A stretch of DNA of 64,000 nucleotides. Origin: Bacillota bacterium (GTDB taxonomy: Bacteria; Bacillota; Clostridia; Peptostreptococcales; Anaerovoracaceae). Below the pieces are notes generated by a model. The model did not search any database, was not told the DNA's origin, and saw nothing but the letters and a program-made list of their open reading frames with translations. The stretch lies in NCBI GenBank assembly GCA_029006195.1, contig JAQXGH010000031.1, positions 17,811-81,810 on the forward strand, written 5' to 3'. A program made the translations under genes and the position numbers. The first letter of the stretch is position 1; each line of letters opens with the position of its first letter. This document shows positions 20,522 to 30,816 of the stretch, in pieces.

Positions 20522-21832
20522 TTACACCTCCTTAACAATTGCAATAACTTCATCGATATCAGCCTTGCTGTTCATTTCTGTACAGCACCACAGGATTCTG
20601 TTATCGTCGAGCGGATATCCACCAAGAATTCCTTCTGCTTCAAGAGCCTTCAGAATAGCTTCTGATGACTTGTCTGACTTAGTGATGAATTCATGGAAGA
20701 AGTCCTTATTTTCTACTTCGAGGCCAATAGCTTCGAACTGACCAGCCATGTAATGAGCCTTTGAATAGCTCTGTGTAGCTACGTTCTTAAGACCTTCGTT
20801 GCCCATGCATGAGAGGTATACACCTACAGCCATAGCGCAAGCAGCCTGGTTTGAACATACATTTGATGATGCCTTTTCACGTCTGATGTGCTGTTCTCTA
20901 GCCTGCAGTGTGAGAACGTAACCGATCTTACCATTGTGGTCAGTAGTCTGTCCTACGATTCTTCCTGGCAGGTTTCTCTTAAGAGCATCTGTACTTGCCA
21001 TGAATCCAACGTAAGGGCCACCGAATGCCAGTGAAAGTCCGAGAGGCTGTCCATCGCCTACAGCGATATCTGCACCATATTCTCTAGGAGTCTTAAGAAC
21101 GCCTAAAGTCATAGGGTTAACGCCCATAATGAACTTACACTTCTTTACTGTGTGTACAGCTTCGCCGATTTCAGCAGCAGCTTCCAGGTTACCATAGTAG
21201 TTAGGGTGCTGGATATATACGCAGCAAACTGATGGATCAAGCTTAGCCTTAAGGTCTTCGATATCTGTAACGCCGTCCTTTTCAGCGATTACTTCAAGTT
21301 CCATACCGTTACCGAAGCAATATGTTTCGATAACTTTCATAACTGATGGCTGAATAGCAGCTGATACGAGAGCCTTATTCATTTTTCTTTCTCTGCTTGC
21401 TGCTACAGCTTCAGCTGCTGCAGTAGCACCGTCATATACTGATGCGTTTGAAACATCCATTCCTGTCAGATCGCAAATCATTGTCTGATATTCGAAGATT
21501 GACTGGAGGATACCCTGGCTCTTTTCAGCCTGGTATGGAGTATATGCAGTTGAAAGAGTTTCGTTTGAAAGAACGTGTCCAACCATTGCAGGTACGTAGT
21601 GATTATAAGCACCAGCACCTCTGAAGATTGAATCAAACACAACGTTCTTAGCAGCGATTTTCTTAACCGCCTTGCTAGCTTCCATTTCAGATAATCCTGA
21701 TGGAAGATCTAATTCTCCCTTAAACTTAACATCTTCAGGGAGATGAGCAGTAAGGTCCTGGAGGCTGTTAAAGCCCAGTTCCTTCAGCATTTCCAGCTGC
21801 TGCTCTTTAGTATTAGGAACAAATGTACCCAT
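20522..21832 (-). CDS. gcvPA: Glycine decarboxylase subunit 1
   Basis: TAYTPYQAE..QG.LQ..FEYQ, SNASVYDGATA, REQHIRREKA.SN. Confidence 0.96.
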   Translation of the reverse strand: MGTFVPNTKEQQLEMLKELGFNSLQDLTAHLPEDVKFKGELDLPSGLSEMEASKAVKKIAAKNVVFDSIFRGAGAYNHYVPAMVGHVLSNETLSTAYTPYQAEKSQGILQSIFEYQTMICDLTGMDVSNASVYDGATAAAEAVAASRERKMNKALVSAAIQPSVMKVIETYCFGNGMELEVIAEKDGVTDIEDLKAKLDPSVCCVYIQHPNYYGNLEAAAEIGEAVHTVKKCKFIMGVNPMTLGVLKTPREYGADIAVGDGQPLGLSLAFGGPYVGFMASTDALKRNLPGRIVGQTTDHNGKIGYVLTLQAREQHIRREKASSNVCSNQAACAMAVGVYLSCMGNEGLKNVATQSYSKAHYMAGQFEAIGLEVENKDFFHEFITKSDKSSEAILKALEAEGILGGYPLDDNRILWCCTEMNSKADIDEVIAIVKEV

Positions 21833-21865
21833 TTATATGCGCCTCCTCAATGAAGTTGTTAGTTT

Positions 21866-22252
21866 TTATGCTTCTTCGCTTTCGCAGAATGCTTCGTATT
21901 CTTCAGCAGTCATGAGATCATCAGCCTGTGCGCTAACGCCTTCAACCTTGATGAACCAAGCAGCAAAAGCATCTTCATTGATTGATTCAGGAGCGTCAAG
22001 CAGTTCTTCGTTGATTTCTGCAACTGTACCTGAAATTGGTGAGTAGATGTCTGAAACAGCCTTTACTGATTCAACGTCAGCGAAAACTTCGCCAGCTTCT
22101 ACTTCGTCGCCTTCTTCTGGAAGGTTAACGAATACCAGATCACCCAGTTCTGACTGTGCGAAATCTGAAATACCGATTGTTGCTGTATCTCCTTCGATCT
22201 TTACCCATTCGTGTGACTTAGCGTAAAGTAATCCTGCCATTGTAGTTGCCAT
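21866..22252 (-). CDS. gcvH: Glycine cleavage system H protein
   Basis: HEW, GISDFAQ..LGD, lipoyl motif VESVKAVSD. Confidence 0.97.
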   Translation of the reverse strand: MATTMAGLLYAKSHEWVKIEGDTATIGISDFAQSELGDLVFVNLPEEGDEVEAGEVFADVESVKAVSDIYSPISGTVAEINEELLDAPESINEDAFAAWFIKVEGVSAQADDLMTAEEYEAFCESEEA

Positions 22253-22304
22253 AATATTGTTCTCCTTTAATTAAAATATTTCTTAGATCCAAACTAAAAT
22301 AATT

Positions 22305-23393
22305 TTATCTCTTGTAGAAAGGAAGTTCGATAACTTCTGCTTCTACTCTACGACCTCTAATATCGATTTCAACCTTTGTGCCGACTTCCTTATACTCTCT
22401 AGGAACTCTAGCCATAGCGATAGGATAATCGAATGATGGACACTTAGTACCTGAAGTAGTGTATCCGATCTTCTTGTCGCCATCATAAATGTCCTGATGT
22501 TCTCTAGCGATACCTCTGCCTGTGATCTTAAGACCAACTCTTACGATCTGAGGAATACCAGCATCGATCATTGCCTGCTTACCAATGAAGTCAACTTCTT
22601 TCTTGAGCTTGATAGCGAACATGAGACCTGCTTCTCTTGGTGAAATATCGTCGTCCATTTCGTGACCATAAAGAGGCATTGCAGCTTCCATTCTCAGTGT
22701 ATCTCTAGCACCGAGACCGCAAGGAATAAGACCATCGTCCTTACCTGCTTCATAGATAGCGTCCCACATTTCTTCTGCCTTAGCAGCAGGAAGATAAATT
22801 TCAACGCCTTCTTCACCAGTATAACCAGTATTTGAAACGATACATGGAATACCAGCAACTTCAGCATTAAATCTAGCATGGTAGTACTTTTCAGGCATGC
22901 TGCCTTCTGTAGCAATCTTAGCAACGATACCCTTAGCTAAAGGACCCTGAACTGCAATCTGTGCATACTGATCTGAAACATCAGTAAATGTTACATCACC
23001 AAACTGGTGATCACACATCCATGCATAGTCCTTATCCTTATTAGCAGCGTTTACAACGATGAAGTACTTGTTATCTTCCATCTTATAAACGATAAGGTCA
23101 TCAACTGTACCGCCGTGTTCATTACACATTGGTGAATATCTAGCCTGTTCATCGACCATGCTAGTAAAGTCATTTGTCAACATCATGTTAAGATTGTTAA
23201 GAGCATCTGGGCCTTCACAAAGGATTTCACCCATATGTGAAACGTCAAACATACCAGCCTTTTCTCTTACAGCCTTATGTTCTGTAACAACCCCTGAGCT
23301 CTTATACTGTACTGGCAGAATGTAGCCGGCGAAAGGTACCATCTTACCACCATATCTTACATGAGTGTCATATAAAGGTGTTTTAAGTTCCAT
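22305..23393 (-). CDS. gcvT: Glycine cleavage aminomethyltransferase
   Basis: KTPLYD.H, FDVSHMGE, TGYTGE.G.E, GLGARDTLR.EA. Confidence 0.97.
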   Translation of the reverse strand: MELKTPLYDTHVRYGGKMVPFAGYILPVQYKSSGVVTEHKAVREKAGMFDVSHMGEILCEGPDALNNLNMMLTNDFTSMVDEQARYSPMCNEHGGTVDDLIVYKMEDNKYFIVVNAANKDKDYAWMCDHQFGDVTFTDVSDQYAQIAVQGPLAKGIVAKIATEGSMPEKYYHARFNAEVAGIPCIVSNTGYTGEEGVEIYLPAAKAEEMWDAIYEAGKDDGLIPCGLGARDTLRMEAAMPLYGHEMDDDISPREAGLMFAIKLKKEVDFIGKQAMIDAGIPQIVRVGLKITGRGIAREHQDIYDGDKKIGYTTSGTKCPSFDYPIAMARVPREYKEVGTKVEIDIRGRRVEAEVIELPFYKR

Positions 23394-23465
23394 AAGTCCC
23401 TCCTAATTAATCCAATTTATTAATACACAATTTTTATTCACACTTAAACTTAAAAACGAAATATC

Positions 23466-24689
23466 CTATTTGATTTTTCTTGCTTCAATATAGTATCTCT
23501 TGTCTTCTGCATGACCCATTGAGAAAGTCTTTCTTGGCAGTGCGCCATCATTGATTACCGACTTAAACAGGTCGCCCTTATCCATTGCTGGGAGCAGGAA
23601 TGCGATGTTACCTGGCTTCTGTCCGAGTTCAATTGTAATCTCGTCGCCGTGTACATAGTCGATTTCTGCGCCGCTTTCCTTGATGAATTCATCAAGATAA
23701 GCCTGAAGTGTACCAACTTCCAGCTGAGCCTGAGGGTTAGGAACTGTAATGTAACCTTCTGCGCCTTCATAAGCGTATCTGATCACATGACCTTCGCCCT
23801 TACCTTCTGTTGTTCCTGGATACTTAGCCTTAAGTCCATCAAGAACTGCTACAGGGTCAACTCCGAAGATAACTCTGTGGATAGGTTCAAATTCAAGAGC
23901 AGTATCATAAAGGTTAACGATTTCAACCAGAGCATATCTTGAAGGTAATGTTTCTTCTGAGCCAGGGCCGAATTTAGCCTTTTCTTCTTCATATAATGCC
24001 TTAGCTGATGCCAGTGAATGGTTACCATCACCTACTGCGAAAAGAAGAGGCTGCTTGTCTGCGAGAGCTTCTAATGCTGCTGATGCACCATTCTTAAGTT
24101 CATCGTTTAAGAGCCAAGCCTTAGCGTGACCGCCACCTTCCATGAGGTCGAAATCATAAACTACTTCGTCTGCATTCTTAAGTGGTCCGATTACAGTATC
24201 TTCAGGGTCATCGATCAGAAGCATTACATGTGGCAATTCAACTGCTGCATCTCTTCTGATTGCAACACGAGGTGGAATTCTGTCAAGAACTGTACCTTCA
24301 GTTGCTCTAACCAGTGAAGTGCTGCCTACGGAATAATCATACTCTTCTAAGTCGATCTTTCCGATAAGACCTTTTCTTACTTTACCGTCACTCTGAACTC
24401 TTTCAAGATAGATCATTGAATCTTCATGTTCAGTGAAAACACCACTTGCAAGATATTCTCTCATTGTTTCATTGATCTTAGCTACCTTCTCTTCAGTCTT
24501 ACCTTCTGAAAGAAGTGCTTCTGGGAGAATGATTCTCAGAGTTGAAGTGTTATCACCAACATTTTTTTCTACTCTTTCCCAATAATCCAGCTGAGATGTG
24601 AACTGATCGCAAGCTACTACAGCCCAGCTTTCATAATTACCCGCACTTGGAAGTAAAATGTTAGCTGATGAAAATCCTGTCTTACTCAT
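23466..24689 (-). CDS. DUF1015 family protein
   Basis: WAVVACDQFTS, RATEGTV..RIPPR, AVGDGNHSLA.AK, LPRKTFSMG. Confidence 0.85.
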   Translation of the reverse strand: MSKTGFSSANILLPSAGNYESWAVVACDQFTSQLDYWERVEKNVGDNTSTLRIILPEALLSEGKTEEKVAKINETMREYLASGVFTEHEDSMIYLERVQSDGKVRKGLIGKIDLEEYDYSVGSTSLVRATEGTVLDRIPPRVAIRRDAAVELPHVMLLIDDPEDTVIGPLKNADEVVYDFDLMEGGGHAKAWLLNDELKNGASAALEALADKQPLLFAVGDGNHSLASAKALYEEEKAKFGPGSEETLPSRYALVEIVNLYDTALEFEPIHRVIFGVDPVAVLDGLKAKYPGTTEGKGEGHVIRYAYEGAEGYITVPNPQAQLEVGTLQAYLDEFIKESGAEIDYVHGDEITIELGQKPGNIAFLLPAMDKGDLFKSVINDGALPRKTFSMGHAEDKRYYIEARKIK

Positions 24690-24730
24690 AATAAAATAAT
24701 CCTTTCATTAATCATTGTGTACGTGCTCAG

Positions 24731-24768
24731 TAAAAAACAAAACAGGAAAACATTTCTGTTTCCCTGTT
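24731..24768 (-). terminator. Riboswitch expression-platform terminator
   Basis: Minus strand AACAGGGAAACA-gaaa-TGTTTTCCTGTT followed by T-rich tail, just before the DUF1015 RBS. Confidence 0.75.
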
Positions 24769-24774
24769 GTTTTC

Positions 24775-24880
24775 ATTTCCAGAGTGCCGTCCAGATTTGC
24801 TCCATTGTACCTGAGAGTTTCAGCCAAAATTGCCTTGCCCCTTCGGTGCCTATTTTCATAAGAACTCTCGCAAATCCTTC
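24775..24880 (-). ncRNA. Glycine riboswitch (apparently a single aptamer)
   Basis: Minus strand GATTTGC-GAGAG...CACCGAAGGGGCAA...GAAACTCTCAGGTA...GCAAATC (P1 closes 24876/24794), then GGACGGCACTCTGGAAA; upstream of gcv genes. Confidence 0.9.
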
Positions 24881-25057
24881 AACCGAACAATGTAAAATTT
24901 TGTAACTAAATAATATCATATAAGCAAATTAATAACAATGACAAATTGTATGAAAATTTCTCCAAATTTAGCTGATATGCATAGTGCAAGATTTTTATTA
25001 ATCTACTATAATAAAAATGATACCTTAAATCATTTAAGGAAAAAGGAGATTCATATA

Positions 25058-26029
25058 ATGAAAAAAATACAGTTAGGAAACACAGGTATTTTTGTTACAC
25101 CTATTGGATTCGGAGTTTTAACGATAGGCAACACACAACTTAACCTTACACTAGAAGAAGGTGCTAAAGTTGTCAGATACGCTTATGACCACGGAATCAA
25201 TTTTTTTGACACAGCTCAATATTATGAGACTTATAAGTACATGCGTGAAGCTTTTGCAGGAATAGATATGTCTCCTGAAAATCCTGATCGACCTATCATC
25301 GCCAGCAAATGTCTGGACTCCAGCTACGAAGAAATGGAGTTTGCCATCAAAGAATGTATGGATGAAATCGGTCTTGAGATCATCGACATCTTCCTCCTCC
25401 ACGAAGTAAGAAGCGATCCCGATTTTGATAACAGAAGCGGTGCATGGCAGTGCTTAAAGGACTATAAGGCTAAAGGAATAATAAAGGCCATCGGTGTTTC
25501 AACTCATTATGTTGATGTAACTGAGAGAATGGCTTGTGAACCGGATTGCGACATAGTTTTCCCTCTTATCAACTATGCTGGACTCGGTATTCGTAACGGA
25601 AGTGAAGCAGGTACCAGCGAAGAGATGGCAAGTGCTATCGATAAGTGCATCAAGGCAGGCAAAGGCCTTATGGGCATGAAAGCATTCGGCGGTGGTAATC
25701 TCACGGGAACATACCAGAAGGCTTTGAACTATGTAATCGGCCTTGGCGTCCATACTCTTATGATCGGTATGGGTAAAACTTCAGAAGTAGATGATATTAT
25801 CAGTTTCGCCGAAGGTACAATGCCAGCTGATTATCAGCCAGAAGTAAAAAACAAGAAAATCCATATAGATCAAGGTGACTGCGAAGCTTGTTACACTTGT
25901 AAGGAGAGATGTCCAAATCAGGCTATTTTCATTAACGAAAGCGGCCTTTGTGATATAAATTATCATGTTTGCTTAAACTGTGGTTACTGCGCACCGGTAT
26001 GCCCTGTTAGAGCAATAATAATGTGGTAA
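25058..26029 (+). CDS. Aldo/keto reductase with C-terminal 2x[4Fe-4S] domain
   Basis: LGNTG, GINFFDTAQYY, IDIFLLH, GVSTH, MKAFGGG; two CxxCxxCxxxCP; start reassigned to ATG at 25058 behind AAGGAG. Confidence 0.88.
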   Translation: MKKIQLGNTGIFVTPIGFGVLTIGNTQLNLTLEEGAKVVRYAYDHGINFFDTAQYYETYKYMREAFAGIDMSPENPDRPIIASKCLDSSYEEMEFAIKECMDEIGLEIIDIFLLHEVRSDPDFDNRSGAWQCLKDYKAKGIIKAIGVSTHYVDVTERMACEPDCDIVFPLINYAGLGIRNGSEAGTSEEMASAIDKCIKAGKGLMGMKAFGGGNLTGTYQKALNYVIGLGVHTLMIGMGKTSEVDDIISFAEGTMPADYQPEVKNKKIHIDQGDCEACYTCKERCPNQAIFINESGLCDINYHVCLNCGYCAPVCPVRAIIMW

Positions 26030-26041
26030 AGGATCAATAAA

Positions 26042-27169
26042 ATGAAACTAAACAAAGAACAATTCAAACAAATAGCATTACTTTTATTTTTAGCAATGGT
26101 AATGGCTTTAGTAGTTATTTACAGCAAGAATATTGCTGACGCTGCCATTACAGTTGTAAATATTATTACGCCATTCATTATAGGCGGTGCAATCGCCTTC
26201 GTTTTGAACATTCCTATGACTTCCATAGAGCAAAGGCTTTTTTCAAAACTGGATGGACCAAAAACAAAGCATCTTAAAAGACCTGCAAGTATCATTACAA
26301 CATTAGTACTAGTAGTAGTTATACTGGGACTTATGGGCGTAATAGTTATCCCTAATCTCTCAAAGACAGCCCACGATTTTGCTACTACAGTTCCTGTATT
26401 CCTGACTAAGCTGGATGATTTCCTCATACACCTCAATTTAACAATTTTCGCTGATGAAAACATGACATTAAATTACATCACTGAAAACTGGGAAAAGATT
26501 TGTGAAGAAATTTTTGTTTTCATTAAATCAGGCGCAGTTTCATTCTTCACTTCAACTATTCAGCTTGTTACAAATGTATTTGGAGCGATTATAAATTCAG
26601 TTATTGCTTTCATCTTCTCAATTTATATTCTTTTCCAGAAGGAAACCTTAGGAGTTCAATTTAAAAAGCTCCTCAAGGCTTATATCCCTGAGAAGCAGAA
26701 TGATTATATTCTTAAAGTATGTAGTCTCCTGTATGCTAACTTCAAACACTTCATTACAGGACAGTGTCTTGACGCCATGCTTTTAGGAACAATATGTACA
26801 GTGGTTCTCTTCATATGTAAGATTCCATATTCACTGATGATAGGTGTTCTCATCGCATTTACAGCACTCATTCCTGTTGTCGGTGCATTTATCGGTTGTG
26901 TAATCGGCGTTCTTCTGATCGTAATGGTTGAACCAATTAAAGCACTCTGGTTCATAATCATCTTCATCATAGTACAGCAGATTGACAATAATCTGATTTA
27001 CCCTAAGGTTGTTGGTAATTCAATCGGACTTCCGTCAATATGGGTACTGGTTGCCATTACCATAGGCGGCAGCCTTTGCGGTGTTGTGGGAATGTTATGT
27101 TTCATTCCTCTCGTTTCAACTATTTACACTCTTATTAGAGAAGATGTTTACCACAGAATAAAAGACTAA
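26042..27169 (+). CDS. AI-2E (PerM) family transporter
   Basis: PF..G..IAF.LN.P, LIPVVG.FIG, QQID.N.IYPKVVG.SIGL. Confidence 0.9.
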   Translation: MKLNKEQFKQIALLLFLAMVMALVVIYSKNIADAAITVVNIITPFIIGGAIAFVLNIPMTSIEQRLFSKLDGPKTKHLKRPASIITTLVLVVVILGLMGVIVIPNLSKTAHDFATTVPVFLTKLDDFLIHLNLTIFADENMTLNYITENWEKICEEIFVFIKSGAVSFFTSTIQLVTNVFGAIINSVIAFIFSIYILFQKETLGVQFKKLLKAYIPEKQNDYILKVCSLLYANFKHFITGQCLDAMLLGTICTVVLFICKIPYSLMIGVLIAFTALIPVVGAFIGCVIGVLLIVMVEPIKALWFIIIFIIVQQIDNNLIYPKVVGNSIGLPSIWVLVAITIGGSLCGVVGMLCFIPLVSTIYTLIREDVYHRIKD

Positions 27170-28029
27170 AGAGTACTGAACGTATTACCGATTCGGAATT
27201 CTTCTATCATTTCCTGAGTAAGAGCTGGCCTGTTATCATTAGGTTCAAGCTCTTCTCTGGAGATAAAGAAAGCTGTCGAAAGCTCATTTTCATCCATCGT
27301 GATCTCAGCAGACCCATCTACTTCAGCCCAGAATCCTATCTGCAGATTTCCTGCGAATCCCCAAGGCTGTGATCCATAATATTTTATATTCTTGACCTTA
27401 AGTCCTACTTCTTCCATAACTTCTCTAGCTACGCATTCTTCAGTAGATTCACCGATTTCAACAAAACCCGCTATAAGTGCGTACATGTTAGTCTGTGCCC
27501 TGCCTCTATATTTAGTAACAAGAAGCTTGTCGTCGTGTATGAGAGCAACAGTAACAGCCGGGTTGATTCTAGGATAGATTACATTGCCGCATTCAGGACA
27601 CTTCATGTGTCTTTCATTAATGCCGTATTTTGTCTTTGTTCCGCATTTTCCGCAATACTGATTGTTATTATACCAAGTATTAAGATGGCAGGCAGTCATA
27701 GCTGCAAATGAATGATGCTTAGGCTCAGTCTTTCTAAGAACCCTGTTGGACTTAGGTGCAAAACCTTCAGGCACTTCTATTTCAATCCCTGGTTTTGCCA
27801 TATAGTATTTATCTTCATCTATCGAGAAAAGATAAACAAGATCATCTTCTTTAACATCTAAATCCTTTCGCTTTGGAATCCTTATCTTATCCTCCTCGCT
27901 GCCTCCTAAATATATTTCGTCAGGGCCATGCTGCGCCTTAACAAAAATGAAAACAAAATCATCTTCGCCAGGGCAAACGTCTGCCTTGAACTGGTTATCC
28001 ATCTTCTTATTTCCAATTTCCTGTATCAT
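27166..28029 (-). CDS. nudC: NAD(+) diphosphatase NudC
   Basis: CGKCG...CPECG zinc ribbon, YPRINP, Nudix box GFVEIGES.EE...REV.EE.G, SQPW. Confidence 0.92.
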   Translation of the reverse strand: MIQEIGNKKMDNQFKADVCPGEDDFVFIFVKAQHGPDEIYLGGSEEDKIRIPKRKDLDVKEDDLVYLFSIDEDKYYMAKPGIEIEVPEGFAPKSNRVLRKTEPKHHSFAAMTACHLNTWYNNNQYCGKCGTKTKYGINERHMKCPECGNVIYPRINPAVTVALIHDDKLLVTKYRGRAQTNMYALIAGFVEIGESTEECVAREVMEEVGLKVKNIKYYGSQPWGFAGNLQIGFWAEVDGSAEITMDENELSTAFFISREELEPNDNRPALTQEMIEEFRIGNTFSTL

Positions 28030-28118
28030 TATGTCTCCCTATTTTACTGAGATTAACTGCCATATGAACTAAAGAAGACCTGCAATATTCGCAGGTCTTT
28101 AATTTGCTTTTGATTTTA

Positions 28119-28574
28119 TTATTCTTCAGGAATATCATCGTGATCATGTTCATCAGCATCTTCAGTAGGATCATAACCTTCAAGGCCAGCATATTCCTTA
28201 CCGTTCTTCTGAGCATAATCATAGATTGCATTCTTGATAGCATGTTCAGCTAAAACTGAGCAGTGGATCTTGATTGCAGGAAGTCCGCCAAGTTCATTAA
28301 CGATCTTTTCGTTACTTACGTTAAGAGCATCTTCTACATTCATTCCAATGATCATATCAGTTGCCATGCTTGATGATGCGATAGCACTACCGCAACCATA
28401 TGTCTTAAACTTAGCATCAGTGATGATTTCGTTTTCATCGATTGAAAGTGTAATCATCATCATATCGCCGCATACAGGGCTTCCATATACGCCCTTGCCA
28501 TCTGGATTTTCAATTTCGCCAACATTATGTGGATTCATGAAGTGATCCATTACTGTATCGTTATATAATGCCAT
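28119..28574 (-). CDS. iscU: Fe-S cluster scaffold (IscU/NifU)
   Basis: DHF.NP.NVG, PVCGD, GCGSAIAS, KIHCSVLA. Confidence 0.95.
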   Translation of the reverse strand: MALYNDTVMDHFMNPHNVGEIENPDGKGVYGSPVCGDMMMITLSIDENEIITDAKFKTYGCGSAIASSSMATDMIIGMNVEDALNVSNEKIVNELGGLPAIKIHCSVLAEHAIKNAIYDYAQKNGKEYAGLEGYDPTEDADEHDHDDIPEE

Positions 28575-28577
28575 ATC

Positions 28578-29756
28578 TTAGTCCCATCCTTCCATACCAT
28601 TAACTGGTGATAATTCTCTAAGTCTTTTAACAACCTTAACAAGAGTTTCAACAACATAGTCGATATCTTTCTTAGTTGTAAAGTCACCTACTGTGAATCT
28701 AACAGCTCCGTTTGATCTAGCAATTGATACGCCGATAGCATCCAGAACGTGTGATGAAGCCAGTGACTTTGATGAACATGCTGAACCAGTTGATACGCAA
28801 ATTCCGTTGCAGTCAAGCAGGAGAAGAATTGATTCGCCTTCGATGTAATCGAAGCAAACATTCAGGTTACCAGGATGACGCTTGTCAAAATCAACAGGGC
28901 CGTTAAGGTATACGTCAGTTACCTGCTCCTGGATCTTTTCCCACAGGTATGCTCTAAGCTCTCTTGAATGAGCGATGTGTTCGTCAAGGCCTAAACGAGC
29001 AAGTTCTGCAGCCTTACCGAATCCAACGATACCTGATGAGTTCTCTGTACCAGCTCTCTTCTTTCTTTCCTGAGCACCGCCGTGTACATAACTAGGGATC
29101 TGGATACCCTTTCTCTTATACAGTGCACCTATACCCTTAGGGCCGTAAATCTTGTGAGCTGACATTGAAATAAAGTCAACACCTAAATCCTTAACATCAA
29201 TTGGTAAATTACCAAGACCCTGTACAGCGTCAGTGTGGAACAGAACGCCATGCTTCTTAGCGATAGCTGCCAGTTCCTTGATTGGCTGAACTGTACCGAT
29301 TTCGTTATTTACCATCATTACGCTGGCAAGAATAGTGTTGTCCTTAATAGCAGCTTCAAAAGCAGCCGGATCAACGAAACCTTCGCTGTCAACGTCAAGA
29401 TAAGTAACTTCTACACCGTGCTTTTCCAGGTATTCACAAGTGTGAAGAATAGCATGGTGTTCGATCTTTGTTGTAATGATGTGATTTCCCTTAGCGCTCT
29501 TAGCATCGCAAACAGCTTCAAGTACCCAGTTATCAGCTTCAGTACCGCATGATGTGAAATAGATTTCTGCTGGTTCTGCATTTATTAATTCAGCAACCTG
29601 GTTTCTAGCATTATCAATACCAGCTTTAGCTTCGAGACCAGGGCCGTATAAACTTGATGGATTTCCGAAATATTCACTTAAGAAAGGAATCATTTCCTTA
29701 ACAACTTCTTCCTTAACAGGAGTAGTTGCTGAATAGTCCAAATAAACGTTTCTCAT
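28578..29756 (-). CDS. iscS: Cysteine desulfurase
   Basis: YLDYSATTP, HTDAVQ, SAHKIYGPKG, STGSACSS. Confidence 0.95.
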   Translation of the reverse strand: MRNVYLDYSATTPVKEEVVKEMIPFLSEYFGNPSSLYGPGLEAKAGIDNARNQVAELINAEPAEIYFTSCGTEADNWVLEAVCDAKSAKGNHIITTKIEHHAILHTCEYLEKHGVEVTYLDVDSEGFVDPAAFEAAIKDNTILASVMMVNNEIGTVQPIKELAAIAKKHGVLFHTDAVQGLGNLPIDVKDLGVDFISMSAHKIYGPKGIGALYKRKGIQIPSYVHGGAQERKKRAGTENSSGIVGFGKAAELARLGLDEHIAHSRELRAYLWEKIQEQVTDVYLNGPVDFDKRHPGNLNVCFDYIEGESILLLLDCNGICVSTGSACSSKSLASSHVLDAIGVSIARSNGAVRFTVGDFTTKKDIDYVVETLVKVVKRLRELSPVNGMEGWD

Positions 29757-29812
29757 TGTAATTCTCCCAAATATTTAATCTGTACTATTTAAGTCAAACA
29801 TCGTTTATTATA

Positions 29813-30040
29813 TTATACCTGTTTGTTCTTCTTTGCAAGTTCTTCTTTAAGCTCTTCTTCAGATAAATCTTCAACAAATTTAACGCTTGAAAGAGATGAA
29901 CGAACCTGACCTCTTATAGCTGCCAGATAATCCTTATAGAGAGCCTTCTGTTCCAGCTTTTCTTCTTCTGTGAGCCCTTCACCCTTCTTCTTATGAGCGA
30001 GCTCATTGATTCTGTCGATCATTTCCTTAGTAATCTGCAA
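29813..30040 (-). CDS. DUF896 (YnzC-like) protein
   Basis: IDRINELA.KKK.EGLT.EEK.EQ..L...YL. Confidence 0.88.
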   Translation of the reverse strand: MQITKEMIDRINELAHKKKGEGLTEEEKLEQKALYKDYLAAIRGQVRSSLSSVKFVEDLSEEELKEELAKKNKQV

Positions 30041-30063
30041 TTCTATTCCTCCGTATTAGTATT

Positions 30064-30804
30064 TTAGTCTTCAGGCGTATACTCAAATGTAGGCATGAGT
30101 TCCAGCTTGAAGAGATTTGTCTTGTGCTTATAATCAATCTTTTCTTTGATTTCAGGATCTTCGCAAATACCTTCTCTGATGTATCTATCAAGAACAGCAT
30201 AAGTGAATCCTAAGTTATCTTCGTCAGTCTTGTCCTGCAGACCATCGATTGGAGTCTTATCTACAAACATTGAAGGAAGGCCAAGTACTCTACCTACAGC
30301 CTTAACTTCCTGTACAGTCAGTCTGCCGAGCGGGCTGAAATCACCAGCGCCATCGCCATATCTTGTAGCATATCCTACCCAGTCTTCTGACAGGTTACAA
30401 GTATTAGCTACTCTACCGTTTACATTCTGTGATACGCAGTAAACCATAGCCATTCTGAGTCTTGGTGGAAGGTTAGTTTTAGCCAGAACAGAAATTTCAC
30501 CAAATTCTCTATTGATTTCATTTACAACGCCTTCAAATGCTCCCTTAATATTCATAACATAGTGCTTGATATCAAGGTGCTTAACGAGAGCGTATGATAC
30601 ATCAATATCGAACTGATCACCATTAGGCATCAGTACGCCGATTACTCTATCTTTACCAAGAGCTTCTACGCACAGTGCAGCAACAATTGATGAGTCCTTA
30701 CCGCCTGAAATACCAATTACTGCGTTGCAGCCCTTACCGTTTTCTTCAAACCAATCCTGTATCCACTTTACGATGTCATTCTTAACTTTTTCAGCGTTAA
30801 ACAT
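30064..30804 (-). CDS. nadE: NH3-dependent NAD(+) synthetase
   Basis: GISGGKDS, N..PRLRM, GY.TRYGDG. Confidence 0.93.
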   Translation of the reverse strand: MFNAEKVKNDIVKWIQDWFEENGKGCNAVIGISGGKDSSIVAALCVEALGKDRVIGVLMPNGDQFDIDVSYALVKHLDIKHYVMNIKGAFEGVVNEINREFGEISVLAKTNLPPRLRMAMVYCVSQNVNGRVANTCNLSEDWVGYATRYGDGAGDFSPLGRLTVQEVKAVGRVLGLPSMFVDKTPIDGLQDKTDEDNLGFTYAVLDRYIREGICEDPEIKEKIDYKHKTNLFKLELMPTFEYTPED

Positions 30805-30816
30805 AAGCTTCCTCCT

